Of a stretch of DNA of 64,000 nt, positions 30,034-37,423 are shown piece by piece. The stretch's first letter is position 1, and each line of letters starts with the position of its first letter. The notes under the pieces were generated by a model, which saw only the letters and a program-made list of their open reading frames with translations, ran no database searches and was not told where the DNA came from. The position numbers and the translations under genes were made by a program. The stretch comes from Bacteroidales bacterium (GTDB lineage Bacteria > Bacteroidota > Bacteroidia > Bacteroidales > JAAUTT01), in the NCBI GenBank assembly GCA_038320545.1, contig JBBQEI010000006.1:28187-92186 (forward strand), read 5' to 3'.

Positions 30034-30104
30034 AGAAAAAGATCAAAAAAACTTGCATTTAATAAAAATTAGTTCTTTTTTTGTAAACAATTAAAACAAA
30101 AACA

Positions 30105-30161
30105 ATGATTAAAACACAAAATTGGTGGTGGTGGCATAATCTTATTCCCAAAAGGAAGTGA
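30105..30161 (+). CDS. trpL: trp operon leader peptide MIKTQNWWWWHNLIPKRK
   Basis: Own reading. 18-codon ORF with four consecutive TGG codons (30123-30134), located between clpX and trpE and followed by a terminator. Too short for the ORF track. Confidence 0.7.
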   Translation: MIKTQNWWWWHNLIPKRK

Positions 30162-30200
30162 GGAGTTAGCCTGTACACCAGTTTGTACAATATACATAAG

Positions 30201-30229
30201 GCTTGCCAATCACGGCAAGCTTTTTTTTT
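30201..30229 (+). terminator. attenuator terminator of the trp leader
   Basis: GCTTGCC (30201-30207), loop AATCAC, GGCAAGC (30214-30220), then T9 (30221-29). 29 nt upstream of the trpE ATG. Confidence 0.75.
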
Positions 30230-30257
30230 GGTTATAAAAATCTTTAAAGCTCAAATT

Positions 30258-31658
30258 ATGATATACCAGGTTACCACAAATGTTAAAAAAATACTTTCTG
30301 ATACCATTACTCCGGTAAGTATTTATCTTAAACTGAGGGATATTTTTCCAAATTCAATTTTACTCGAAGGAGCCGACTCACAAGGCAGTAAAAACAGTTT
30401 TTCATTTATTGCTTTTAAACCTATAGCTGAGTTTATTGTTGAAAATAAAAAAGCATCACTAAAATTTCCTCATGGCGTTTCGCAGTTTGAAATTACAAAT
30501 GAGCAATCGGTAATCGATCTTATGAACCGGTTTATGCACTCTTTCGAAGCTATTACGTTCGATCCGGCCATTGTGGTAAATGGTTTATTTGGTTATTCAT
30601 CGTACGATTCCATTCAATACTTCGAATCGATAAATTTAAAGACACAACAGGTTGAAGAGGAAAAAATACCTGAAATTCGTTATGCATTTTATAAGTATAT
30701 CATAGCCATCAATCATTTTCAGAATACACTTACCATTATCGAAAACCTTTTGGAAGGGGAAGAAAGTCAGCTCGATTATATTGAAAGTTTACTCAGAAAT
30801 TTAAGTTTTGCAGCATATCATTTTACCTCTTTAAATGGGGAATCCTCAAATCTAACCGATCAGGAATACATGACCATGGTAAGCAAAGGTAAAGAACACT
30901 GTCACAGAGGCGACGTATTTCAGATTGTGCTTTCAAGAGGATTTTCGCAACAATTCAATGGCGACGATTTCAATGTTTACCGCTCGTTAAGGTCCATTAA
31001 TCCTTCGCCATATTTGTTTTATTTCGATTATGGAAGTTACCGTATTTTCGGTTCTTCACCCGAAGCTCAGTTGGAAGTAAAAGGGCACAAAGCTTATATT
31101 CATCCTATTGCAGGCACTTTCAAACGTACTGGCGATGATGAAAAAGACAAAGAATTGGCCATTGCCCTTTCGAACGATCCTAAAGAAAATGCCGAACATG
31201 TGATGCTGGTTGATTTAGCACGAAACGACCTCAGTCGGAATGCCGATAATGTGAAAGTAGAAACTTTTCGCGAAATTCAATATTATTCACATGTGCTGCA
31301 TATGGTTTCGGTAGTTTCCGGAAATTTACCTATTGGTTCGAATCCATATCAGGTAATGGCTGATTCGTTTCCTGCCGGAACTTTAAGTGGAGCACCCAAA
31401 TTCAAAGCTATGGAACTTATAGATACCTACGAAAACAAACGTCGTGGTTTTTATGGAGGTTGCCTGGGATATATGGGTTTTAACGGCGACTTAAACCATG
31501 CCATTATAATTCGTTCGTTCCTGAGCCGGAACAATGTGTTGTATTATCAGGCAGGAGCAGGGATTGTGGCTGATTCGAAGGAAGAAAGCGAATTAAACGA
31601 GGTGAATAATAAATTAATGGCGCTGAAAAAAGCTATTGATCTTGCAAAGGACATTTAA
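30258..31658 (+). CDS. trpE: anthranilate synthase component I
   Basis: Start moved from TTG 30183 (spans the terminator) to ATG 30258 (MIYQVTTNVKKILSDTITPVSIYLKLR). Conserved GTLSGAPK and GFYGGCLGY blocks. Confidence 0.95.
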   Translation: MIYQVTTNVKKILSDTITPVSIYLKLRDIFPNSILLEGADSQGSKNSFSFIAFKPIAEFIVENKKASLKFPHGVSQFEITNEQSVIDLMNRFMHSFEAITFDPAIVVNGLFGYSSYDSIQYFESINLKTQQVEEEKIPEIRYAFYKYIIAINHFQNTLTIIENLLEGEESQLDYIESLLRNLSFAAYHFTSLNGESSNLTDQEYMTMVSKGKEHCHRGDVFQIVLSRGFSQQFNGDDFNVYRSLRSINPSPYLFYFDYGSYRIFGSSPEAQLEVKGHKAYIHPIAGTFKRTGDDEKDKELAIALSNDPKENAEHVMLVDLARNDLSRNADNVKVETFREIQYYSHVLHMVSVVSGNLPIGSNPYQVMADSFPAGTLSGAPKFKAMELIDTYENKRRGFYGGCLGYMGFNGDLNHAIIIRSFLSRNNVLYYQAGAGIVADSKEESELNEVNNKLMALKKAIDLAKDI

Positions 31659-31680
31659 AAAAACTTGTAATAATAAGAAG

Positions 31681-32250
31681 ATGAAAATTCTGGTATTAGA
31701 CAATTACGATTCGTTTACCTACAACCTGGTTCATGCCATCGAGAGTATTTCGGGAGAAAAGGTTGAAGTGCACCGAAATGATAAGATTGCTCTTGAAGAA
31801 ATAAACCGCTTCGATAAAATTGTACTTTCTCCCGGACCTGGCCTGCCCGATGAAGCAGGAATATTAAAAAATGTGATTAAAGAATATGCCGGGAAGAAAA
31901 GCATTCTGGGTGTTTGCTTAGGACACCAGGCTATAGGCGAAGTTTTTGGCGGTAACCTTATTAATCTTGATCGGGTATTTCATGGCATTGCCACAAATAT
32001 TAACCTGGAAGTCAGGGATGAGCCCATTTTTAAAAATTTGCCCAGAAAATTTTTAGGTGGCCGTTATCATTCCTGGATTGTTGACAGGGAAAGCCTTCCG
32101 GCATGTTTTGAAATAACTGCCACGGAAGAAAATGGACAAATTATGGCTATGCGACACAAAGAATTCGATGTACGGGGGGTTCAATTCCATCCTGAATCGG
32201 TGTTAACTGAATTTGGACAACAGATTATCGGGAACTGGTTAAAAATGTAA
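31681..32250 (+). CDS. trpG: anthranilate synthase component II (glutamine amidotransferase)
   Basis: Start moved to ATG 31681 (MKILVLDNYDSFTYNL). Catalytic GVCLGHQ and FHPES. Confidence 0.95.
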   Translation: MKILVLDNYDSFTYNLVHAIESISGEKVEVHRNDKIALEEINRFDKIVLSPGPGLPDEAGILKNVIKEYAGKKSILGVCLGHQAIGEVFGGNLINLDRVFHGIATNINLEVRDEPIFKNLPRKFLGGRYHSWIVDRESLPACFEITATEENGQIMAMRHKEFDVRGVQFHPESVLTEFGQQIIGNWLKM

Positions 32251-32256
32251 TATTAT

Positions 32257-32320
32257 AGAACCAAGTATCAAGAACTAAGTATCAAGAACCAAGTATCAAG
32301 AACCAAGTATCAAGAACCAA
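32257..32320 (+). repeat. 14-bp tandem repeat AGAACCAAGTATCA x 4.6 in the trpG-trpD spacer
   Basis: Units at 32257, 32271 (one substitution), 32285 and 32299, plus a partial unit at 32313-32320. Confidence 0.9.
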
Positions 32321-32356
32321 TTTATAATTCTTAAACCGAAATCACGCTAATTTATC

Positions 32357-32384
32357 AGACTTACGACTTAAATCTTACGACTAA
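32357..32384 (+). repeat. second 14-bp tandem duplication (AGACTTACGACTTA / AATCTTACGACTAA)
   Basis: CTTACGACT occurs at 32360 and 32374, exactly 14 nt apart, directly before the trpD ATG. Confidence 0.7.
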
Positions 32385-32387
32385 ATT

Positions 32388-33377
32388 ATGAAAGCAGTTC
32401 TTAATTATTTATTCGAGCACAAAACACTTACTCACGCTGAATCAAAGGAAGTGCTGACTAATATTTCCAAATGCAGGTATACATATTCGGAAATAGCTGC
32501 ATTTATAAGTGTTTATCTGATGCGTAGCATTACTGTAGATGAGCTTTCGGGCTTTCGTGATGCTTTACTTGAATTGTGTATTCCCGTTAATTTAAAAGAT
32601 TTTGATACCATTGACCTTTGCGGTACTGGTGGAGATGGAAAAAATACTTTCAACATTTCAACATTAACTGCTTTTGTTGTTGCAGGTGCTGGTGGAAAAG
32701 TTGCCAAGCATGGGAATTATGGAGTTTCATCTTCTTGCGGGTCTTCAAATGTGATGGAGTATCTTGGATACCAATTCAGTACGGATGAAGCAAAATTGCA
32801 GCAGGAAATGAAACGTTGTGGTATCTGTTTTATTCATGCTCCTCTTTTTAATCCTGCCATGAAAAATGTTGCACCGGTTCGCAAAGAATTAAAGGTTAAA
32901 ACCTTTTTTAACATGCTTGGCCCTATGGTTAATCCAAGTTTTCCGAATAAGCAGATGGTTGGGGTTTATAGTCTTGAATTGGCCCGTTTATATAATTATC
33001 TTTACCAGAAAACCAGCAAGCAATATGCTATTGTGCATAGTCTCGACGGATACGATGAAGTTTCGTTAACCAGTCCTTTTAAGTTAATCACCAATCAAAA
33101 AGATGCAATTTTATCTCCTGCCGATTTAGGTATGGAAACATATAAACCTTCAGAAATTGGCGGTGGCAATACTATTCCTGAAGCTGCCGCAATATTTACA
33201 AGTATTCTCGAAGGGAAAGGAACGACTCCTCAGTCTCAGGTAATTATTGCAAATTCTGCCCTGGCACTAAATTGTTATTATCCTGAAAAAACATTGGACA
33301 GTTGTATCGAAATGGCAACTGATTCATTAAATGGGAAGAAGGCATTGGGAGTTTTTAAAAAACTTTTAAAAAATTAG
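32388..33377 (+). CDS. trpD: anthranilate phosphoribosyltransferase
   Basis: 329 aa. DLCGTGGDGKNTFNIST and KHGNYGVSSSCGS blocks. Confidence 0.95.
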   Translation: MKAVLNYLFEHKTLTHAESKEVLTNISKCRYTYSEIAAFISVYLMRSITVDELSGFRDALLELCIPVNLKDFDTIDLCGTGGDGKNTFNISTLTAFVVAGAGGKVAKHGNYGVSSSCGSSNVMEYLGYQFSTDEAKLQQEMKRCGICFIHAPLFNPAMKNVAPVRKELKVKTFFNMLGPMVNPSFPNKQMVGVYSLELARLYNYLYQKTSKQYAIVHSLDGYDEVSLTSPFKLITNQKDAILSPADLGMETYKPSEIGGGNTIPEAAAIFTSILEGKGTTPQSQVIIANSALALNCYYPEKTLDSCIEMATDSLNGKKALGVFKKLLKN

Positions 33378-33378
33378 G

Positions 33379-34164
33379 ATGAACATTCTGGATAATATAG
33401 TGGCTGTAAAAAGAGATCATGTTTCTGATTGTAAAAAGGTATTTTCAATAAATGATTTTGAAAAACAAATACTTTTTAAAAGAAAATGCGTTTCGCTGAA
33501 AGAAAGATTATTGAAGGATTCGCCGGGAATAATTGCAGAATTTAAAAGAAAATCACCTTCAAAAGGAGTGATAAATGATAAATTCACTTCCGCAGAAATA
33601 ACTTCAGCTTACCAGGATGCAGGTGTTGCAGCCGTGTCAATCCTAACTGATCAGCCATTTTTCGGCGGTACAACCGACGATTTAACTTCTGCAAGAATAA
33701 ATCTTCAAATTCCTGTTTTAAGAAAGGATTTTATCATAGACGAATATCAGATTTTCGAAGCCAAAGCAATGGGTGCCGATATTATCCTGATTATTGCAAG
33801 CATTCTCGATAAAAAAAAAATAACCAGCTTTTCAGCATTGGCCAAATCACTGGGAATGGAAATATTATTTGAAATTCACGACAGGGAAGAACTGGATAAA
33901 TTAAGCGAAGATGTTACTTTTATTGGTGTGAACAATCGCAACCTGAAAAGCTTTGTTGTTGATATTCAGCAATCAATTGATCTTGCCAAAGATATTCCCG
34001 AAAGGTTTATGAAGATTTCGGAAAGTGGTATTGATAAAATAGAAAATATAAATCTGCTGAAGACCGCTGGTTATAATGGTTTTTTAATTGGAGAGAACTT
34101 TATGAAAACTGATAATCCCGGCGAAGCGTGTAAAAAATTCATATCTGAATTACGAATAAAATGA
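33379..34164 (+). CDS. trpC: indole-3-glycerol phosphate synthase
   Basis: 261 aa. IAEFKRKSPSKG, LRKDFIIDEYQI and NNRNL blocks. Confidence 0.95.
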   Translation: MNILDNIVAVKRDHVSDCKKVFSINDFEKQILFKRKCVSLKERLLKDSPGIIAEFKRKSPSKGVINDKFTSAEITSAYQDAGVAAVSILTDQPFFGGTTDDLTSARINLQIPVLRKDFIIDEYQIFEAKAMGADIILIIASILDKKKITSFSALAKSLGMEILFEIHDREELDKLSEDVTFIGVNNRNLKSFVVDIQQSIDLAKDIPERFMKISESGIDKIENINLLKTAGYNGFLIGENFMKTDNPGEACKKFISELRIK

Positions 34165-34817
34165 AATTGGGAAATCCTGTAATAAAGGTGTGTGGAATGC
34201 GAGATACTCAAAATATCAGGGATGTAGCAAATTTGCAACCTGATATGATGGGCTTTATTTTCTTTCCTTCTTCCAAACGCTTTGTAACAGATGATTTTAT
34301 TCTTCCGGATTTACATGAAGATATTCAAAAGGTTGGTGTTTTTGTAAATGAAGAGCCGGAAAAAGTAATTAAATTATTACAGCAATATAGTTTTCATACA
34401 GCCCAGCTTCATGGCAATGAAAGTCCTGAAGACTGTCTGGCAATTGAAAGTTCCGGATATAATGTGATGAAATCCTTTGGTATTGATGACAATATAAATT
34501 GGGGCGATCTGAAACCATATTTGCCCGTAACAACATGTTTTGTTTTCGATACAAAAACCAGCACACATGGGGGAAGTGGGAAAAAATTCAATTGGGATAT
34601 TCTTAATTCCTATGCACTGGAACATCCTTTTCTGCTGAGTGGAGGAATTCGCCCTGAAGATTCAGAAATGCTGGAGAAATTTCATCATCCGAAATGTATT
34701 GGTTTCGATATTAACAGCGGATTTGAAATACTTCCTGCATTTAAAGATGTAACAAAGTTGAAAGCATTTATTAAAAAAGTACGACAAAAAAATAAAGACA
34801 ATGAGCTATTTTGTTGA
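34161..34817 (+). CDS. trpF: phosphoribosylanthranilate isomerase
   Basis: 218 aa. IKVCGM N-terminus, QLHGNES, and GGSGKKFNW. ATGA overlap with trpC. Confidence 0.9.
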   Translation: MKLGNPVIKVCGMRDTQNIRDVANLQPDMMGFIFFPSSKRFVTDDFILPDLHEDIQKVGVFVNEEPEKVIKLLQQYSFHTAQLHGNESPEDCLAIESSGYNVMKSFGIDDNINWGDLKPYLPVTTCFVFDTKTSTHGGSGKKFNWDILNSYALEHPFLLSGGIRPEDSEMLEKFHHPKCIGFDINSGFEILPAFKDVTKLKAFIKKVRQKNKDNELFC

Positions 34818-36006
34818 CGAAAAAGGCTATTTCGGAAAGTTCGGCGGAGCTTTTATACCCGAAATGCTATATAGTAATGTAGAAGAACTTCGGAGTAATT
34901 ATCTGAAGATAATGGACAGTGAGCAATTCCAAAACGATTACAGGTATCTGTTAAAACATTATGTCGGGAGGCCTTCTGCACTGTATCCTGCGCCCAGGTT
35001 AAGTGAAATTTATAATACAAGGATTTTCCTGAAAAGGGAAGATCTGAATCATACCGGTTCGCATAAAATTAACAATACCATTGGTCAAATTCTCATTGCC
35101 AAAGCATTAGGCAAGCACCGGATTATTGCCGAAACAGGAGCGGGCCAGCATGGAGTAGCAACTGCAACAGTTTGTGCTTTGATGAATCTGAAGTGTATTG
35201 TTTACATGGGAGCAACTGATGTAGAAAGGCAATATCCGAATGTGATGCGCATGAAAATGTTGGGAGCAGAGGTGATCCCGGTCATAAGCGGGAATAAAAC
35301 CCTGAAAGATGCTACCAATGAAGCTATCCGCGACTGGATCAACAATCCCGTAGATACTCATTACATCATTGGTTCGGTGGTTGGGCCGCATCCTTATCCT
35401 GATATGGTTTCAAAGTTCCAAAGTGTTATCAGTGAAGAGATAAAATGGCAGTTGAAGGAACACACCGGCAGGGAATTACCTGATTATGCCATTGCCTGTG
35501 TAGGCGGTGGGAGCAATGCAATCGGTACTTTTTATCATTTTTTGGATCATCCTGAGGTAAAGCTTATTGCTGTTGAAGCAGCCGGAATGGGCACCGATAC
35601 ACATGAAACTGCAGCAACCATTGCTTGCGGTAAACTCGGAATCATTCATGGAAGCAAAACCTACCTGATGCAAAGTCCTGAAGGACAAATTACAGAGCCT
35701 TATTCCATTTCAGCAGGATTGGATTATCCCGGTATAGGACCTGTTCATGCACACCTTCACGATACAAACAGAGCCATCGTATTAAATGCTACAGATGAAG
35801 AAGCTCTTCAGGGAGCATTTGAACTTACCCAAGTGGAAGGTATCATTCCTGCCCTGGAATCGGCACATGCATTGGCAGTTCTGAAAAAAATAAAATTCAG
35901 TAAAGATGATGTGGTTGTGGTAACAATTTCAGGAAGAGGGGATAAGGATATGGATACTTACATTAATTATATGAAGAAAGATATATTTCATTTTCGTTTA
36001 GTTTAA
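34801..36006 (+). CDS. trpB: tryptophan synthase beta chain
   Basis: 401 aa. GKFGGAFIPE, HTGSHKINN (PLP Lys) and GGGSNAIG. The last codons and the stop lie inside repeat copy 3. Confidence 0.97.
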   Translation: MSYFVDEKGYFGKFGGAFIPEMLYSNVEELRSNYLKIMDSEQFQNDYRYLLKHYVGRPSALYPAPRLSEIYNTRIFLKREDLNHTGSHKINNTIGQILIAKALGKHRIIAETGAGQHGVATATVCALMNLKCIVYMGATDVERQYPNVMRMKMLGAEVIPVISGNKTLKDATNEAIRDWINNPVDTHYIIGSVVGPHPYPDMVSKFQSVISEEIKWQLKEHTGRELPDYAIACVGGGSNAIGTFYHFLDHPEVKLIAVEAAGMGTDTHETAATIACGKLGIIHGSKTYLMQSPEGQITEPYSISAGLDYPGIGPVHAHLHDTNRAIVLNATDEEALQGAFELTQVEGIIPALESAHALAVLKKIKFSKDDVVVVTISGRGDKDMDTYINYMKKDIFHFRLV

Positions 36007-36136
36007 GAATTGAATCACTTCGACTCCGCTCAGTGTGACACTAATACCGCTCAGTGTGGCAATAAACCGCTCAGTGTGGCAATAATACCAGTTTGTCAGG
36101 CTGAGCGGAGTCGAAGCCTACTTGTTAACAAAACGA
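35994..36136. repeat. GC-rich palindromic repeat element, copy 3 (module set I, inverted relative to copy 1), between trpB and trpA
   Basis: TCGTTTAGTTTAAGAATTGAATCACTTCGACTCCGCTCAGTGTGAC. Arms CCGCTCAGTGTG at 36026, 36047 and 36067 face GTCAGGCTGAGCGGAGTCGAAGCC (36095-36118). Confidence 0.85.
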
Positions 36137-36204
36137 GATATATTTCCAAATCATTAAAAGTTAATTCGCCAATATCTAATCACCTAATATCTAATACCTA
36201 TAAA

Positions 36205-36975
36205 ATGAATCGCATTAATAAACTATTTGAAGAAAACAAAGAAAACATTCTTTCCATATATTTTACAGCCGGACACCCGGAACTAAATTCAGCAGCCGAA
36301 CTTATCGGAGTTCTTGAAAAAAGCGGAGTGAAAATGGTTGAGATAGGGATGCCATTTTCCGATCCACTTGCCGATGGGCCTGTAATTCAGAAAAGTGCAC
36401 AAAAGGCTATTGCCAATGGTATGAATCTTCATCATTTGTTTCAGCAATTAAAGGATATAAGAAAAACCATTCAGATACCTTTACTTTTAATGGGATATCT
36501 GAATCCGGTAATGTATTACGGAATTGAAAAATTTTGTCGCGATTGCAGTGCTGTAGGTTTGGATGGTGTTATTTTACCCGATCTTCCTCTCGAAGAGTAT
36601 GAAAATGAATATAAACCCATTTTTGAGAAATATAACCTGAAATTCATATTTCTTATTTCCCCTCAAACAAGTGATGAAAGATTGCGAAAGATCGACAGTC
36701 TAAGCAACGGATTTATATATATGGTTTCCTCATCGTCCACTACCGGGGCGAAAGCTTCCATTTCCGAAAATCAAAAAGAATATTTTACCCGGGTAAAAGC
36801 TTTAAACCTTACAAACCCATTAGTTGTTGGATTCGGAATTTCGAACCGTGAAAGTTTTAATGAAGTTTGCAAATATGCCAGCGGAGCAATTATTGGAAGC
36901 GCCTTTGTGCGTATGCTCGAAGAACAAAAAGACTGGAAAAAGGGTACAGAAGAATTTGTAAAAGGGATCCTATAA
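36205..36975 (+). CDS. trpA: tryptophan synthase alpha chain
   Basis: Start moved from 36010 (reads through the repeat) to ATG 36205 (MNRINKLFEENKENILSIYFTAGHP). Conserved EIGMPFSDPLADGPVIQ and GFGIS blocks. 256 aa. Confidence 0.93.
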   Translation: MNRINKLFEENKENILSIYFTAGHPELNSAAELIGVLEKSGVKMVEIGMPFSDPLADGPVIQKSAQKAIANGMNLHHLFQQLKDIRKTIQIPLLLMGYLNPVMYYGIEKFCRDCSAVGLDGVILPDLPLEEYENEYKPIFEKYNLKFIFLISPQTSDERLRKIDSLSNGFIYMVSSSSTTGAKASISENQKEYFTRVKALNLTNPLVVGFGISNRESFNEVCKYASGAIIGSAFVRMLEEQKDWKKGTEEFVKGIL

Positions 36976-36999
36976 GTGCCGCCTGTCTTAATAACTTAT

Positions 37000-37230
37000 G
37001 ACACCTCTGCAATGACACCCGACACAGTTACAATGACATGTATCACTGCCGCAATGTCATGCTACACCTCTGCAATAAGACCCGACACCTCTGCAATGGC
37101 ATCAAACGCCTCTGCAACGACAGTCGACACCTCTGCAACGACAGTCGACGCCTCTGCAACGGAAGCAGACACCTCTGCAAAGACAGTCGACACTTGTGCA
37201 ACGGCAGTCGACAACTCTGCAATAGCAGAA
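37000..37230. repeat. tandem array, 11 x 21 bp (consensus GACACCTCTGCAACGACAGTC), perfectly phased
   Basis: Units start at 37000, 37021, 37042, 37063, 37084, 37105, 37126, 37147, 37168, 37189 and 37210 with no indels. GC is well above background. Stop-free in four frames. Confidence 0.92.
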
Positions 37231-37281
37231 AAAAAACTACATCTCCCTTGCTGAAATAACCTGGCATAGTGCATATGTAAG

Positions 37282-37344
37282 GTATGGTCGAAGATCAAAA
37301 GGATTGGAAAAAGAATGGCAGAGTTTGTAAAAAGTATTCACTGA
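37282..37344 (+). pseudogene. diverged second copy of the trpA 3' end (remnant)
   Basis: GTATGGTCGAAGATCAAAAGGATTGGAAAAAG...TTTGTAAAAAGTATTCACTGA aligns with trpA 36911-36975 (GTATGCTCGAAGAACAAAAAGACTGGAAAAAG...TTTGTAAAAGGGATCCTATAA). 28 of the first 32 nt are identical. Peptide MVEDQKDWKK../FVKSIH* versus MLEEQKDWKKGTEEFVKGIL*. Confidence 0.65.
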
Positions 37345-37384
37345 CGTTAAAAGGAATTGAAACATAAATGATTTTGATTAAAAT

Positions 37385-37415
37385 AAAAAACCCGGCTTTC
37401 GGCCGGGTTTGTTTG
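37385..37415. terminator. bidirectional intrinsic terminator
   Basis: AAAAAA-CCCGGC (37391-37396), loop TTTCG, GCCGGG (37402-37407), then TTTGTTTG. It serves the trp operon (+) and the lipoprotein gene (-). Confidence 0.8.
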
Positions 37416-37423
37416 TCAGAGAG

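Noticed and set aside
30183-30257. Upstream-extended ORF-track starts. These are trpE 30183, trpG 31636, greA 6441, serS 11461, tig 26632, nuclease 12321, hydrolase 43032, GltP-like 56355 and YjjB-like 57498.
   Set aside because: The extensions cross terminators, promoter motifs or upstream genes and add non-conserved residues. Internal ATGs give canonical N-termini.
36010-36204. N-terminal 65-codon extension of trpA in the ORF track (MNHFDSAQCDTNTAQCG...).
   Set aside because: The extension is a translation of the palindromic repeat element. The conserved TrpA sequence begins at ATG 36205.
37000-37230. Possible CRISPR array.
   Set aside because: The units are contiguous with no spacers, are only 21 bp long and degenerate, and there is no leader or cas gene. 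This is a plain tandem repeat.
36976-37298. Four overlapping ORFs (36976-37254 +, 37038-37259 +, 37043-37267 -, 37062-37298 -) reported by the ORF track.
   Set aside because: All four lie on the 21-bp tandem array, which is stop-free in four frames purely because of its unit sequence. They have no RBS or promoter context, are mutually exclusive, and are low-complexity heptad peptides. I treat the region as a repeat, not as CDS; coding is left open only as a hypothesis in the findings.
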